Shown here: in pieces, positions 34,001-49,000 of the stretch
Position numbering within the stretch: the stretch's first letter is position 1
How the letters are laid out: each line of letters opens with the position of its first letter
NCBI GenBank assembly: GCA_030390025.1
Contig: CM059431.1
Location: forward strand, 145,330,001 to 145,394,000
From: Squalus acanthias
Lineage: Eukaryota
DNA: 64,000 nt
Reading direction: 5' to 3'
Notes under the pieces: generated by a model
Databases searched by the model: none
Seen by the model: only the letters and a program-made list of their open reading frames with translations
Told to the model about the DNA's origin: nothing
Made by a program: the position numbers and the translations under genes

Positions 34001-37000
34001 TGTCCAGGATGAACGAGTGGTGTGAGGTGTGTGTCCAGGATGAACGAGTGCTGTAAGGTGCGTGTCCAGGATGAACGAGTGGTGTCAGGCATGTGTCCAG
34101 GATGAACGAGTGGTGTGAGGTGTGTGTCCAGGATGAACGAGTGGTGTGAGGTGTGTGTCCAGGATGAACGAGTGGTGTGAGGAACGTGTCCAGGATGAAC
34201 GAGTGGTGTGAGGCCCGTGTCCAGGATGAACGACTGGTGTGACTGTGTGTCCAGGACGAACAAGTGGTGTGAGGTTCGTCTCCAGGATGAACGAGTGGTT
34301 TGAGGTGTGTGTCCAGCATGAACGAGTGGTGTGAGGTGCGTGTCCAGGATGAACGAGTGGTGTGAGGCCCGTGCCCAGGATGAACGCGTGGTGTGAGGTG
34401 TGTGTCCAGGATGAGCGAGTGGTGTTAGGCGCGTGTCCAGGATGAACGAGTGGTGTGAAGCGCCTGTCCAGGATGAGCGAGTGGTGTGAGGCGTGTGTCC
34501 AGGATCAACGAGTGGTGTGAGGTGTGTGTCCAGGATGAGCGAGTGGTGTGAGGCCAGTGTCCAGGATGAACGAATGGTGTGAGGCCCGTGTCCAGGATGA
34601 GCAAGTGGTGTGTGGCGCATGTCCAGGATGAGCGAGTGGTGTGAGGCGCGTGTCCAGGATGAGCGAGAGGTGTGAGGCATGTGTCCAGGATGAACGAGTG
34701 GTGTGAGGTGTATGTCCAGGTTGAACGACTGGTTTGAGGCGCGTGTCAAGGATGAAGGAGTGGTGTGAGGCCCGTGTAAATGATGAACGAGTGGTGTGAA
34801 GCGCCTGTCCAGGATGAGCGAGTAGTGTGAGGCGCGTGTCCAGGATGAGCGAGTGGTGTGAGGCGTGTGTCCAGGATGAGCGAGTGGTGTGAGGTGCGTG
34901 TCCAGGATGAACGAGTGGTGTGAGGCTCGTGTCCAGGATGAACGAGTGGTGTGAGGCTCGTGTCCGGGATAAGCGAGTGGTGTGAGACTCGTGTCCAGGA
35001 TGAACGAGTGGCGTGAGGCCCGTGTCCAGGATGAACGAGTGGTGTGAGGTGTTTGTCCAGGATGAACGAGTGGTGTGAGATGAGTGTCCAGGATGAACGA
35101 GTGGTGTGAGGCGCGTGTCCAGGATGAGCGAGTGGTGTGAGGCCCGTGTCCAGGATGAACGAGTGGTATGAGGTGTGTGTCCAGGATGAACGAGTGTTCT
35201 GAGGCACGTGTCCAGGAGAAACGAGTGGTATGAGGTGTGTGTCCAGGATGAATGAGTGGTGTTTATTGCGTTTCCAGGATGAACGAGTGTTGTGAGGCCC
35301 GTGTCCAGGTTGAACGAGTGGTTTGAGGCGCGTGTCAAGGATGAAGGAGTGTTGTGAGGCCCGTGTAAATGATGAACGAGTGGTGTGAAGCGCCTGTCCA
35401 GGATGAGCGAGTAGTGTGAGGCGCGTGTCCAGGATGAGCGAGTGGTGTGAGGCGTGTGTCCAGGATGAGCGAGTGGTGTGAGGTGCGTGTCCAGGAGAAA
35501 CGAGTGGTATGAGGTGTGTGTCCAGGATGAATGAGTGGTGTTTATTGCGTTTCCAGGATGAACGAGTGTTGTGAGGCCCGTGTCCAGGTTGAACGAGTGG
35601 TGTGAGGTGCGTGTCCAGGATGAACGAGTGGTTTGAGGTGTGTGTCCAGCATGAACGAGTGGTGTGAGGTGCGTGTCCAGGATGAACGAGTGGTGTGAGG
35701 CCCGTGCCCAGGATGAACGCGTGGTGTGAGGTGTGTGTCCAGGATGAGCGAGTGGTGTTAGGCGCGTGTCCAGGATGAACGAGTGGTGTGAAGCGCCTGT
35801 CCAGGATGAGCGAGTGGTGTGAGGCGTGTGTCCAGGATCAACGAGTGGTGTGAGGTGTGTGTCCAGGATGAGCGAGTGGTGTGAGGCCAGTGTCCAGGAT
35901 GAACGAATGGTGTGAGGCCCGTGTCCAGGATGAGCAAGTGGTGTGTGGCGCATGTCCAGGATGAGCGAGTGGTGTGAGGCGCGTGTCCAGGATGAGCGAG
36001 AGGTGTGAGGCATGTGTCCAGGATGAACGAGTGGTGTGAGGTGTATGTCCAGGTTGAACGACTGGTTTGAGGCGCGTGTCAAGGATGAAGGAGTGGTGTG
36101 AGGCCCGTGTAAATGATGAACGAGTGGTGTGAAGCGCCTGTCCAGGATGAGCGAGTAGTGTGAGGCGCGTGTCCAGGATGAGCGAGTGGTGTGAGGCGTG
36201 TGTCCAGGATGAGCGAGTGGTGTGAGGTGCGTGTCCAGGATGAACGAGTGGTGTGAGGCTCGTTTCCAGGATGAACGAGTGGTGTGAGGCTCGTGTCCGG
36301 GATAAGCGAGTGGTGTGAGACTCGTGTCCAGGATGAACGAGTGGCGTGAGGCCCGTGTCCAGGATGAACGAGTGGTGTGAGGTGTTTGTCCAGGATGAAC
36401 GAGTGGTGTGAGATGAGTGTCCAGGATGAACGAGTGGTGTGAGGCGCGTGTCCAGGATGAGCGAGTGGTGTGAGGCCCGTGTCCAGGATGAACGAGTGGT
36501 ATGAGGTGTGTGTCCAGGATGAACGAGTGTTCTGAGGCACGTGTCCAGGAGAAACGAGTGGTATGAGGTGTGTGTCCAGGATGAATGAGTGGTGTTTATT
36601 GCGTTTCCAGGATGAACGAGTGTTGTGAGGCCCGTGTCCAGGTTGAACGACTGGTTTGAGGCGCGTGTCAAGGATGAAGGAGTGGTGTGAGGCCCGTGTA
36701 AATGATGAACGAGTGGTGTGAAGCGCCTGTCCAGGATGAGCGAGTAGTGTGAGGCGCGTGTCCAGGATGAGCGAGTGGTGTGAGGCGTGTGTCCAGGATG
36801 AGCGAGTGGTGTGAGGTGCGTGTCCAGGATGAACGAGTGGTGTGAGGCTCGTGTCCAGGATGAACGAGTGGTGTGAGGCTCGTGTCCGGGATAAGCGAGT
36901 GGTGTGAGACTCGTGTCCAGGATGAACGAGTGGCGTGAGGCCCGTGTCCAGGATGAACGAGTGGTGTGAGGTGTTTGTCCAGGATGAACGAGTGGTGTGA

Positions 37001-40000
37001 GATGAGTGTCCAGGATGAACGAGTGGTGTGAGGCGCGTGTCCAGGATGAGCGAGTGGTGTGAGGCCCGTGTCCAGGATAAACGAGTGGTATGAGGTGTGT
37101 GTCCAGGATGAACGAGTGTTCTGAGGCACGTGTCCAGGAGAAACGAGTGGTATGAGGTGTGTGTCCAGGATGAATGAGTGGTGTTTATTGCGTTTCCAGG
37201 ATGAACGAGTGTTGTGAGGCCCGTGTCCAGGTTGAACGAGTGGTGTGAGGTGCGTGTCCAGGATGAGCGAGTAGTGTGAGGCGCGTGTCCAGGATGAGCG
37301 AGTGGTGTGAGGCGTGTGTCCAGGATGAGCGAGTGGTGTGAGGTGCGTGTCCAGGAGAAACGAGTGGTATGAGGTGTGTGTCCAGGATGAATGAGTGGTG
37401 TTTATTGCGTTTCCAGGATGAACGAGTGTTGTGAGGCCCGTGTCCAGGTTGAACGAGTGGTGTGAGGTGCGTGTCCAGGATGAACGAGTGGTTTGAGGTG
37501 TGTGTCCAGCATGAACGAGTGGTGTGAGGTGCGTGTCCAGGATGAACGAGTGGTGTGAGGCCCGTGCCCAGGATGAACGCGTGGTGTGAGGTGTGTGTCC
37601 AGGATGAGCGAGTGGTGTGAGGCGCGTGTCCAGGATGAACGAGTGGTGTGAAGCGCCTGTCCAGGATGAGCGAGTGGTGTGAGGCGTGTGTCCAGGATCA
37701 ACGAGTGGTGTGAGGTGTGTGTCCAGGATGAGCGAGTGGTGTGAGGCCAGTGTCCAGGATGAACGAATGGTGTGAGGCCCGTGTCCAGGATGAGCAAGTG
37801 GTGTGTGGCGCATGTCCAGGATGAGCGAGTGGTGTGAGGCGCGTGTCCAGGATGAGCGAGAGGTGTGAGGCATGTGTCCAGGATGAACGAGTGGTGTGAG
37901 GTGTATGTCCAGGTTGAACGACTGGTTTGAGGCGCGTGTCAAGGATGAAGGAGTGGTGTGAGGCCCGTGTAAATGATGAACGAGTGGTGTGAAGCGCCTG
38001 TCCAGGATGAGCGAGTAGTGTGAGGCGCGTGTCCAGGATGAGCGAGTGGTGTGAGGCGTGTGTCCAGGATGAGCGAGTGGTGTGAGGTGCGTGTCCAGGA
38101 TGAACGAGTGGTGTGAGGCTCGTGTCCAGGATGAACGAGTGGTGTGAGGCTCGTGTCCGGGATAAGCGAGTGGTGTGAGACTCGTGTCCAGGATGAACGA
38201 GTGGCGTGAGGCCCGTGTCCAGGATGAACGAGTGGTGTGAGGTGTTTGTCCAGGATGAACGAGTGGTGTGAGATGAGTGTCCAGGATGAACGAGTGGTGT
38301 GAGGCGCGTGTCCAGGATGAGCGAGTGGTGTGAGGCCCGTGTCCAGGATGAACGAGTGGTATGAGGTGTGTGTCCAGGATGAACGAGTGTTCTGAGGCAC
38401 GTGTCCAGGAGAAACGAGTGGTATGAGGTGTGTGTCCAGGATGAATGAGTGGTGTTTATTGCGTTTCCAGGATGAACGAGTGTTGTGAGGCCCGTGTCCA
38501 GGTTGAACGACTGGTTTGAGGCGCGTGTCAAGGATGAAGGAGTGGTGTGAGGCCCGTGTAAATGATGAACGAGTGGTGTGAAGCGCCTGTCCAGGATGAG
38601 CGAGTAGTGTGAGGCGCGTGTCCAGGATGAGCGAGTGGTGTGAGGCGTGTGTCCAGGATGAGCGAGTGGTGTGAGGTGCGTGTCCAGGATGAACGAGTGG
38701 TGTGAGGCTCGTGTCCAGGATGAACGAGTGGTGTGAGGCTCGTGTCCGGGATAAGCGAGTGGTGTGAGACTCGTGTCCAGGATGAACGAGTGGCGTGAGG
38801 CCCGTGTCCAGGATGAACGAGTGGTGTGAGGTGTTTGTCCAGGATGAACGAGTGGTGTGAGATGAGTGTCCAGGATGAACGAGTGGTGTGAGGCGCGTGT
38901 CCAGGATGAGCGAGTGGTGTGAGGCCCGTGTCCAGGATGAACGAGTGGTATGAGGTGTGTGTCCAGGATGAACGAGTGTTCTGAGGCACGTGTCCAGGAG
39001 AAACGAGTGGTATGAGGTGTGTGTCCAGGATGAATGAGTGGTGTTTATTGCGTTTCCAGGATGAACGAGTGTTGTGAGGCCCGTGTCCAGGTTGAACGAG
39101 TGGTGTGAGGTGCGTGTCCAGGATGAACGAGTGTTGTGAGGCGCGTGTCCAGGATGAACGAGTGGAGTGAGGCTCGTGTCCAGGATGAACGAGTGGTGTG
39201 AGGCCCGTGTCCAGGATGAACGAGTGGTGTGAGGTGTGTGTCCAGGATGAACGAGAGTTGTGAGGCTCATGTTCTGGATGAACGAGTGGTGTGAGGTGTG
39301 TGTCCAGGATGCACGAGTGTTGTGAGATGCGTGTCCCGGATGAACGAGTGGTGTGAGGCCCGTGTCCAGGATGAACGAGTGGTGTGAGGCCCGTGTCCAG
39401 GATGAACGAGTGGTGTGAGGCCCGTGTCCAGGATGAACGAGTCGTGTGAGACCCGTGTCCAGTATGAACGAGTGGTGTGAGGTGTGTGTCCAGGACGAAC
39501 GAGTGGTGTGAGGTGCGTGTTCAGGATGAACGTGTGGTGTGAGGTGTGTGTCCAGGATGAGCGAGTGGTGTGAGGTGTGTGTTCAGGATGAACGAGTGGT
39601 GTCAGGCGTGTGTCCAGGATGAACGAGTGGTGTGAGGTGTGTGTCCATGGAGGAGCGAGTGGTGTGAGGGAAGTGTCCAGGATGAACGAGTGGTGTGAGG
39701 CACGTGTCCAGGATGAACGAGTGGTGTGAGGTGTGTGTCCAGGATGAACGAGTGGTGTACGGTGCTTGTCCAGGATGAACGAGTGGTGTCAGGCATGTGT
39801 CCAGGATGAACGAGTGGTGTGAGGTGTGTGTCCAGGATGAACGAGTGGTGTGAGGTGTGTGTCCAGGATGAACGAGTGGTGTGAGGAACGTGTCCAGGAT
39901 GAATGAGTGGTGTGAGGCCCGTGTCCAGGATGAACGAGTGGTGTGAGGTGTGTGTCCAGGACGAACGAGTGGTGTGAGGCTCGTGTCCAGGATGAACGAG

Positions 40001-43000
40001 TGGTTTGAGGTGTGTGTCCAGGATGAACGAGTGGTGTGAGGTGCGTGTTCAGGATGAACGAGTGATGTGAGATGCGTGTCCAGGATGAACGAGTGGTGTG
40101 AGGCCCGTGTCCAGGATGAACGCGTGGTGTGAGGTGTGTGTCCAGGATGAGCGAGTGGTGTTAGGCGCGTGTCCAGGATGAACGAGTGGTGTGAAGCGCC
40201 TGTCCAGGATGAGCGAGTGGTGTGAGGCGTGTGTCCAGGATGAACGAGTGGTGTGAGGTGTGTGTCCAGGATGAGCGAGTGGTGTGAGGCCCGTGTCCAG
40301 GATGAACGAGTGGTGTGAGGTGTGTGTCCAGGATGAGCGAGTGGTGTGAGGGCCGTGTCCAGGAAGAGCGAGTGGTGTGAGGTATGTGTCCAGGATGAAC
40401 GAGCGGTGTGAGGTGTGTGTCCAGGATGAGCGAGTGGTGTGAGACCCGTGTCCAGGATGAGCGAGTGGTGTGAGGTATGTGTCCAGGATGAACGAGTGGT
40501 GTGAGGTCCGTGTCCAGGATGACCGAGTGGTGTGAGGCGCGTGTCCAGGATGAGCGAGTGGTGTGAGGCGCGTGTCCAGGATGAAAGACTGGTTTGAGGC
40601 GTGTGTCCAGGATGAACGAGTGGTGTGAGGTGTGTGTCCAGGAGGAACGAGTGGTGTGAGTCGCGTGTCCAGGATGAACGAGTGGTTTGAGGCGTGTGTC
40701 CAGGATGAACGAGTGGTGTGAGGCACCTGTCCAGGATGAACGAGTGGTGTGTGGCCCGTGTCCAGGATGAACGTGTGATGTGAGGTGTGTATCCAGGATG
40801 AACGAGTGGTGTGAGGCCCGTGTCCATGATGAGCGAGTGGTGTGAGGCCCGTGTCCAGGATGAGCGAGTGGTGTGAGATGCGTGTCCAGGATGAACTAGT
40901 GGTGTGAGGCGCGTGTCCAGGATGAGCGAGTGGTGTGAGGCCCGTGTCCAGGATGAACGAGTGGTGTGAGTCCCGTGTCCATGATGAACGAGTGGTGTGA
41001 GGTGTGTGTCCAGGATGAACGAGTGGTGTGAGGCTCGTGTCCAGGATGAGCGAGTGGTGTGAGACTCGTGTCCAGGATGAACGAGTGGTGTGTGGTGTGT
41101 GTCCAGCATGAACGAGTGGTGTGAGGCACCTATCCAGGATGAGAGAGTGGTGTGAGACGTGTGTACAGGATGAACGAGTGGTGTGAGATGTGTGTCCAGG
41201 ATGATGAAGTGGTGTGAGATGTGTGTCCAGGATGACCGACTGGTGTGAGGCGCCTGTCCAGGATGAACGAGCGGTGTGAGGCGTGTGTCCAGGATGAACG
41301 AGTGGTGTGAGTTTTGTGTCCAGGATTAACGAGTAGTGTGAGGCGCGTGTCTAGAATGAACGATTGGTGTGAGGCCCGTGTCCATGATGAACGAGTGGTG
41401 TGAGGTGTGTATCCAGGATGAACGAGTGGTGTGAGGCCCGTGTCCAGGATGAGCGAGTGGTGTGAGGCCCGTGTCCAGGATGAGCGAGTGGTGTGAGATG
41501 CGTGTCCAGGATGAACTAGTGGTGTGAGTACCGTGTGCATGATGAACGAGTGGTGTGAGGTATGTGTCCAGGATGAACGAGTGGTGTGAGGCTCGTGTCC
41601 AGGATCAGCGAGTGGTGTGAGGCTCGTGTCCAGGATCAACGAGTGGTGTGAGGTGTGTATCCAGGATGAGCGAGTGGTGTGAGGCCCGTGTCCAGGATAA
41701 ACGAGTGGTGTGAGGTGTGTGTCCAGGATGAACGAGTGGTGTAAGGTGCGTGTCCAGGATGAACGAGTGGTGTGAGGCATGTGTCCAGGATGAACGAGTA
41801 GTGTGAGGTGGGTGTCCAGGATGAACGAGTGGTGTGAGTTGTGTGTCCAGGATGAACGAGTGGTGTGAGGACCGTGTCCAGGATGAACCAGTGGTGTGAG
41901 GCCCATGTCCAGGATGAACGAGTGGTGTGAGGTGTGTGTCCAGGATGAACGAGTGGTGTGAGGCTCGTGTCCAGGATGAACGAGTGGTTTGAGGTGTGTG
42001 TCCAGGATGAACAAGTGGTGTGATCTGCGTGTCCAGGATGAACGAGTGGTGTGAGGTGTGTGTCCAGGATGAACGAGTGGTGTGAGGTGTGTGTGCAGGA
42101 TGAGCGAGTGGTGTTAGGCGCGTGTCCAGGATGAACGAGTGGTGTGAGGCGCCTGTCCAGGATGAACGAGTGTTGTGAGGCGTGTGTCCAGTATGAACGA
42201 GTGGTGTGAGGTGTGTGACCAGGATGAGCGAGTGGTGTGAGGCACGTGTCCAGGATGAACGAGTGTTGTGAGGCACCTGTCCAGGATGAACGAGTGGTGT
42301 GTGGCCCGTATCCAGGATGAACGACTGGTGTGAGGCTCGTGACCAGGTTGAACGAGTGGTGTGAGGTGTGTGTCCGGGATGAGCGAGTGGTGTGTGGCCC
42401 GTGTCCAGGATGAACGAGTGGTGTGAGGCGCCTGTCCAGGATGAGAGAGTGGTGTGAGACGTGTGTCCAGGATGAACGAGTGGTGTGAGATGTGTGTCCA
42501 GGCTGATGAAGTGGCGTGAGGTGTGTGTCCATGATGAGCGACTGGTGTGAGGCGCCTGTCCAGGATGAACGAGTGGTGTGAGGCGTGTGTCCAGGATGAA
42601 CGAGTGGTGCGAGTTGTGTGTCCAGGATGAACGAGTGGTGTGAGGCGCGTGTCCAGAATGAACGATTGGTGTGAGGCGCGTGTCCAGGATAAACGAGTGG
42701 TGTGAGGCGCGTGTCCAGGATGAACGAGTGGTGCGAGGTATGTGTCCAGGATGAACGAGTGGTGTGAGGCGCGTGTCCAGGATGAAAGAGTTGTGTGAGG
42801 TGTGTGTCCAGGATGAACGAGTGGTGTGAGGTGTGTGTCCAGGATGAACGAGTGTTGTGAGGAGTGTGTCCAGGAAGAAGGAGTGGTGTGAGGCGCGTGT
42901 CCAGGCTGAACGAGTGGTGTGAGGCCCGTGTCCAGGATGAACGAATGGTGTGAGGCCCGTGTCCAGGATGAGCAAGTGGTGTGAGGCGCATGTCCAAGAT

Positions 43001-46000
43001 GTGCGAGTGGTGTGAGGCTCGTGTCCAGGATGAGCGAGTGGTGTGAGGCGCGTGTCCCGGATGAGCGAGTGGTGTGAGGCATTTGTCCAGGATGAACGAG
43101 TGGTGTGAGTTGTGTGTTCAGGATGAACGAGTGGTGTGAGGCTCGTGTCCAGGATGAATGAGTGGTTTGAGATGGGTTTCCAGGATGAACGAGTGGTGTG
43201 AGGCTCGTGTCCAGGATGAATGAGTGGTTTGAGGTGGGTTTCCAGGATGAACGAGTGGTGTGCGGTGTTTGTCCAGGATGAGCGAGTGGTGTGAGTGCCG
43301 TGTCCAGGATGAGCGAGTGGTGTGATGTGTGTGTCCAGGATGAACGATGGTGTGAGGTGCGTGTCCAGGATGAGCGAGTGGTGTGAGGCGCGTGTCCAGG
43401 ATGAGCGAGTGGTGTGAGGCCCGTGTCGAGGATGAGCGAGTGGTGTGAGGCCCGTGTCCAGGATGAGCGAGTGGTGTGAGATGCGTGTCCAGGATGAACT
43501 AGTGGTGTGAGGCGCGTGTCCAGGATGAGCGAGTGGTGTGAGGCCCGTGTCCAGGATGAACGAGTGGTGTGAGGCCCGTGTCCATGATGAACGAGTGGTG
43601 TGAGGTGTGTGTCCAGGATGAACGAGTGGTGTGAGGCTCGTGTCCAGGATGAGCGAGTGGTGTGAGACTCTTGTCCAGGATGAACGAGTGGTGTGAGGTG
43701 TGTGTCCAGGATGAGCGAGTGGTGTGTGGCCCGTGTCCAGCATGAACGAGTGGTGTGAGGCGCCTGTCCAGGATGAGAGAGTGGTGTGAGACGTGTGTCC
43801 AGGATGAACGAGTGGTGTGAGATGTGTGTCCAGGATGATGAAGTGGTGTGAGGTGTGTGTCCAGGATGAGCGACTGGTGTGAGGCGCCTGTCCAGGATGA
43901 ACGAGTGGTGTGAGGCGTGTGTCCAGGATGAACGAGTGGTGTGAGTTTTGTGTCCAGGATGAACGAGTGGTGTGAGGCGCGTGTCCAGAATGAACCATTG
44001 GTGTGAGGCCCGTGTCCAGGATGAACGAGTGGTGTGAGGTGTGTATCCAGGATGAACGAGTGGTGTGAGGCCCGTGTCCAGGATGAGCGAGTGGTGTGAG
44101 GCGCGTGTCCAGGATGAGCGAGTGGTGTGCGGCCCGTGTCCAGGATGAACGAGTGGTGTGAGGCCCGTGTCCATGATGAACGAGTGGTGTGAGGTATGTG
44201 TCCAGGATGAACGAGTAGTGTGAGGCTCGTGTCCAGGATGAGCGAGTGTTGTGAGGCTCGTCTCCAGGATCAACGAGTGGTGTGAGGTGTGTATGAAGGA
44301 TGAACGAGTGGTGTGAGGCCCGTGTCCAGCATGAGCGAGTGGTGTGAGGCCCGTGTCCAGGATGAGCGAGTGGCGTGAGGCCCGTGTCCAGGATAAACGA
44401 GTGTTGTGAGGTGTGTGTCCAGGATGAACGAGTGGTGTAAGGTGCGTGTCCAGGATGAACGAGTGCTGTGAGGTGTGTGTCCAGGATGAACGAGTGGTGT
44501 GAGGACCGTGTCCAGGATGAACGAGTGGTGTGAGGTGTGTGTCCAGGATGAACGAGTGGTGTGAGGCTCGTGTCCAGGATGAACGAGTGTTTTGAGGTGT
44601 GTGTCCAGGATGAACAAGTGGTGTGAGCTGCGTGTCCAGGATCAACGAGTGGTGTGAGGCCCGTGTCCAGGATGAACGAGTGGTGTGAGGTGTGTGTCCA
44701 GGATGAGCGAGTGGTGTTAGGCGCGTGTCCAGGATGAACGAGTGGTGTGAGGCGCCTGTCCAGGATGAACGAGTGTTGTGAGGCGTGTGTCCAGTATGAA
44801 CGAGTGGTGTGAGGTGTGTGACCAGGATGAGCGAGTGGTGTGAGGCCCGTGTCCAGGATGAGAGAGTGGTGTGAGGTGTGTGTCCAGGATGAACGAGTGG
44901 TGTGAGGTGCGTGTCCAGTGTGAGCGAGTGGTGTGAGGCGCGTGTCCAGGATGAACGACTGGTTTGATGCGTGTGTCCAGGATGAACGAGTGGTGTGAGG
45001 TGTGTGTCCAGGAGGAACGAGTGGTGTGACTCGCGTGCCCAGGATGAACGAGTGGTTTGAGGCGTGTGTCCAGGATGAACGAGTGTTGTGAGGCACCTGT
45101 CCAGGATGAACGAGTGGTGTGTGGCCCGTGTCCAGGATGAACGAGTGGTGTGAGGCGCCTGTCCAGGATGAGAGATTGGTGTGAGACGTGTGTCCAGGAT
45201 GAACGAGTGGTGTGAGATGTGTGTCCAGGATGATGAAGTGGCGTGAGGTGTGTGTCCAGGATGAGCGACTGGTGTGAGGTGCCTGTCCAGGATGAACGAG
45301 TGGTGTGAGTTGTGTGTCCATGATGAACGAGTGGTGTGAGTTGTGTGTCCAGGATGAACGAGTGGTGTGAGGCGCGTGTCAGAATGAATGATTGGTGTGA
45401 GGCGCGTGTCCAGGATGAACGAGTGGTGTGAGGCGCGTGTCCAGGATGAACGAGTGGTGTGAGGCGCGTGTCCAGGATGAACGAATGGTGTGAGGTATGT
45501 GTCCAGGATGAACGAGTGGTGTGAGGCGCGTGTCCAGGATGAGCGAGTGGTGTGAGGCATGTGTCCAGGATGAGCGAGTGATGTGAGGCCCGTGTCCAGG
45601 ATGAGCGAGTGGTGTGAGGCATGTGTCCAGGATGAGCGAGTGGTGTGAGACTCGTGTCCAGGATGAACGAGTGGTGTGAGGCCCGTGTCCAGGATGAATG
45701 AGTGGTTTGAGGTGTGTTTCCAGGATGAACGAGTGGTGTGAGGCTCGTGTCCAGGATGAATGAGTGGTTTGAGGTGTGTTTCCAGGATGAACGAGTGGTG
45801 TGCGGTGTGTGTCCAGGATGAGCGAGTGGTGTGAGTGCCGTGTCCAGGATGAGCGAGTGGTCTGATGTGTGTGTCCAGGATGAACGATGGTGTGAGGTGC
45901 GTGTCCAGGATGAGCGAGTGGTGTGAGGCGCGTGTCCAGGATGAGCGAGTGGTGTGAGGCGCGTGTCCAGGATGAACGAGTGGTTTGAGGCGTGTGTCCA

Positions 46001-49000
46001 GGATGAACGAGTGGTGTGAGGTGTGTGTCCAGGAGGAACGAGTGGTGTGAGTCGCGTGTCCAGGATGAAGGAGTGGTTTGAGGCGTGTGTCCAGGATGAA
46101 CGAATGGTGTGAGGCACCTGTCCAGGATAAACGAGTGGTGTGTGGCCCGTGTCCAGGATGAACGAGTGGTGTGAGGCTCGTGTCCAGGATGAACGAGTGG
46201 TGTGAGGTGTTTGTCCAGGATGAGCGAGTGGTGTGAGGCATGTGTCCAGGATGAACGAGTGGTGTGAGATGTGTGTTCAGGATGAAGAAGTGGTGTGAGG
46301 TGTGTGTCCAAAATGAGCGACTGGTGTGAGGCGCCTGTCCAGGATGAACGAGTGGTGTCAGGCGTGTGTCCAGGATAAACGAATTGTGTGAGTTGTGTGT
46401 CCAGGATGAACGAGTGGTGTGAGGTGCGTGTCCAGAATGAACGAGTTGTGTGAGGCGCATGTCCAGTATGAACGAGTGGTGTGAGACTCGTGTCCAGGAT
46501 GAACGAGTGGTGTGAGGCCCGTGTCCAGGATGAACGAGTGGTTTGAGGTAAGTTTCCAGGATGAACGAGTGGTGTGAGGCTCGTGTCCAGGATGAATGAG
46601 TGGTTTGAGTTGTGTTTCCAGGATGAACGAGTGGTGTGCGGTGTGTGTCCAGGATGAGCGAGTGGTGTGAGTGCCGTGTCCAGGATGAGCGAGTGGTGTG
46701 AGGTGTGTGTCCAGGATGAACGATGGTGTGAGGTGCGTGTCCAGGATGAGCGAGTGTTGTGAGGCGTGTGTCCAGGATGAGCGAGTGGTGTGAGGCGCGT
46801 GTCCAGGATGAACGAGTGGTTTGAGGCGTGTGTCCAGGATGAACTAGTGGTGTGAGGTGTGTGTCCAGGAGGAACGAGTGGTGTGAGTCGCGTGTCCAGG
46901 ATGAGCGAGTGGTTTGAGGCGTGTGTCCAGGATGAACGAGTGGTGTGAGGCTCGTGTCCAGGATGAACGAGTGGTGTGAGGTGTTTGTCCAGGCTGAGCG
47001 AGTGGTGTGTGGCCCGTGTCCATGATGAACGAGTGGTGTGAGGCACCTGTCCAGGATGAGAGAGTGGTGTGAGGCATGTGTCCAGGATGAACGATTGGTG
47101 TGAGATATGTGTCCAGGGTGAAGAAGTGGTGTGAGGTGTGTGTGCAGGATGAGCGACTGTTGTGAGGCACCTGTCCAGGATGAACGAGTGGTGTGAGGCG
47201 TGTGTCCAGGATGAACGACTGGTTTGAGTTGTGTGTCCAGGATGAACGAGTGGTGTGAGGCGCGTGTCCAGAATGAACGAGTTGTGTGAGGCGCGTGTCC
47301 AGTATGAACGAGTGGTGTGAGGCGCGTGTCCAGGATGAGCGAGTGGTGTGAGGCGCATGTCCAGGATGAACGAGTGGTGTAAGGTTTGTGTCCAGGATAA
47401 ACGAGTGGTGTGAGGCACGTGTCCAGGAAGAAGGAGTGGTGTGAGGCTCGTGTCCAGGATGTGCGAGTGGTGTGAGGCTCGTGTCCAGGATGAACGAGTG
47501 GTGTGAGGTGCGTGTCCAAGATGAACGTGCGGTGTGAGGCTCGTGTCCAGGATGAGCGAGTATTGTGAGGCTCGTGTCCAGGATGAGCGAGTGGTGTGAG
47601 ACTCATGTCCAGGATGAACGAGTGGTGTGAGGCCCGTGTCCAGGATGAGCGACTGGTGTGAGGCTCGTGTCCAGAATGAAAGTGTGGTTTGAGGTGTGTG
47701 TCCAGGATGAACGAGTAGTGTGCGGTGTGTGTCCAGGATGAACGAGTGGTGTGAGGCCTGTGTCGAGGATGAACGAGTGGTGTGAGGTGTTTTTCCAGGA
47801 TGAACGAGTGGTGTGAGGCGCGTGTCCAGGATGAGCGAGTGGTGTGAGGCCCGTGTCCAGGATGAACGAGTGGTAAGAGGAGTGTGTCCAGGATGAACGT
47901 TGGTGTGAGGCACGTGTCCAGGATGAACGAGTGGAATGAGGTGTGTGTCCAGGATGAGCAAGTGGTGTGAGGTGCGTTTCCAGGATGAAGGAGTGTTGTG
48001 AGGCGCGTGTCCAGGATGAACGAGTGATGTGAGGCTCGTGTCCATGATGAACGACTGGTGTGAGGTGTTTTTCCAGGATGAAGGTGTGTGTCCAGGATGA
48101 ACGAGTGGTGTGAGGCCTGTGTCCAGGATGAACGAGTGGTGTGAGGTGTTTTTCCAGGATGAAGGAGTGTTGTGAGGCGCGTGTCCAGGATGAACGAGTG
48201 ATGTGAGGCTCGTGTCCAGGATGAACGAGTGGTGTGAGGCCCGTGTCCAGGATGAACGAGTGGTGTGAGGCATGTGTCCAGGATGAACGAGTGGTGTGAG
48301 ATGTGTGTTCAGGATGAAGAAGTGGTGTGAGGTGTGTGTCCAAAATGAGCGACTGGTGTGAGGCGCCTGTCCAGGATGAACGAGTGGTGTCAGGCGTGTG
48401 TCCAGGATAAACGAATTGTGTGAGTTGTGTGTCCAGGATGAACGAGTGGTGTGAGGTGCGTGTCCAGAATGAACGAGTTGTGTGAGGCGCATGTCCAGTA
48501 TGAACGAGTGGTGTGAGACTCGTGTCCAGGATGAACGAGTGGTGTGAGGCCCGTGTCCAGGATGAACGAGTGGTTTGAGGTAAGTTTCCAGGATGAACGA
48601 GTGGTGTGAGGCTCGTGTCCAGGATGAATGAGTGGTTTGAGTTGTGTTTCCAGGATGAACGAGTGGTGTGCGGTGTGTGTCCAGGATGAGCGAGTGGTGT
48701 GAGTGCCGTGTCCAGGATGAGCGAGTGGTGTGAGGTGTGTGTCCAGGATGAACGATGGTGTGAGGTGCGTGTCCAGGATGAGCGAGTGTTGTGAGGCGTG
48801 TGTCCAGGATGAGCGAGTGGTGTGAGGCGCGTGTCCAGGATGAACGAGTGGTTTGAGGCGTGTGTCCAGGATGAACTAGTGGTGTGAGGTGTGTGTCCAG
48901 GAGGAACGAGTGGTGTGAGTCGCGTGTCCAGGATGAGCGAGTGGTTTGAGGCGTGTGTCCAGGATGAACGAGTGGTGTGAGGCACGTGTCCAGGATGAAC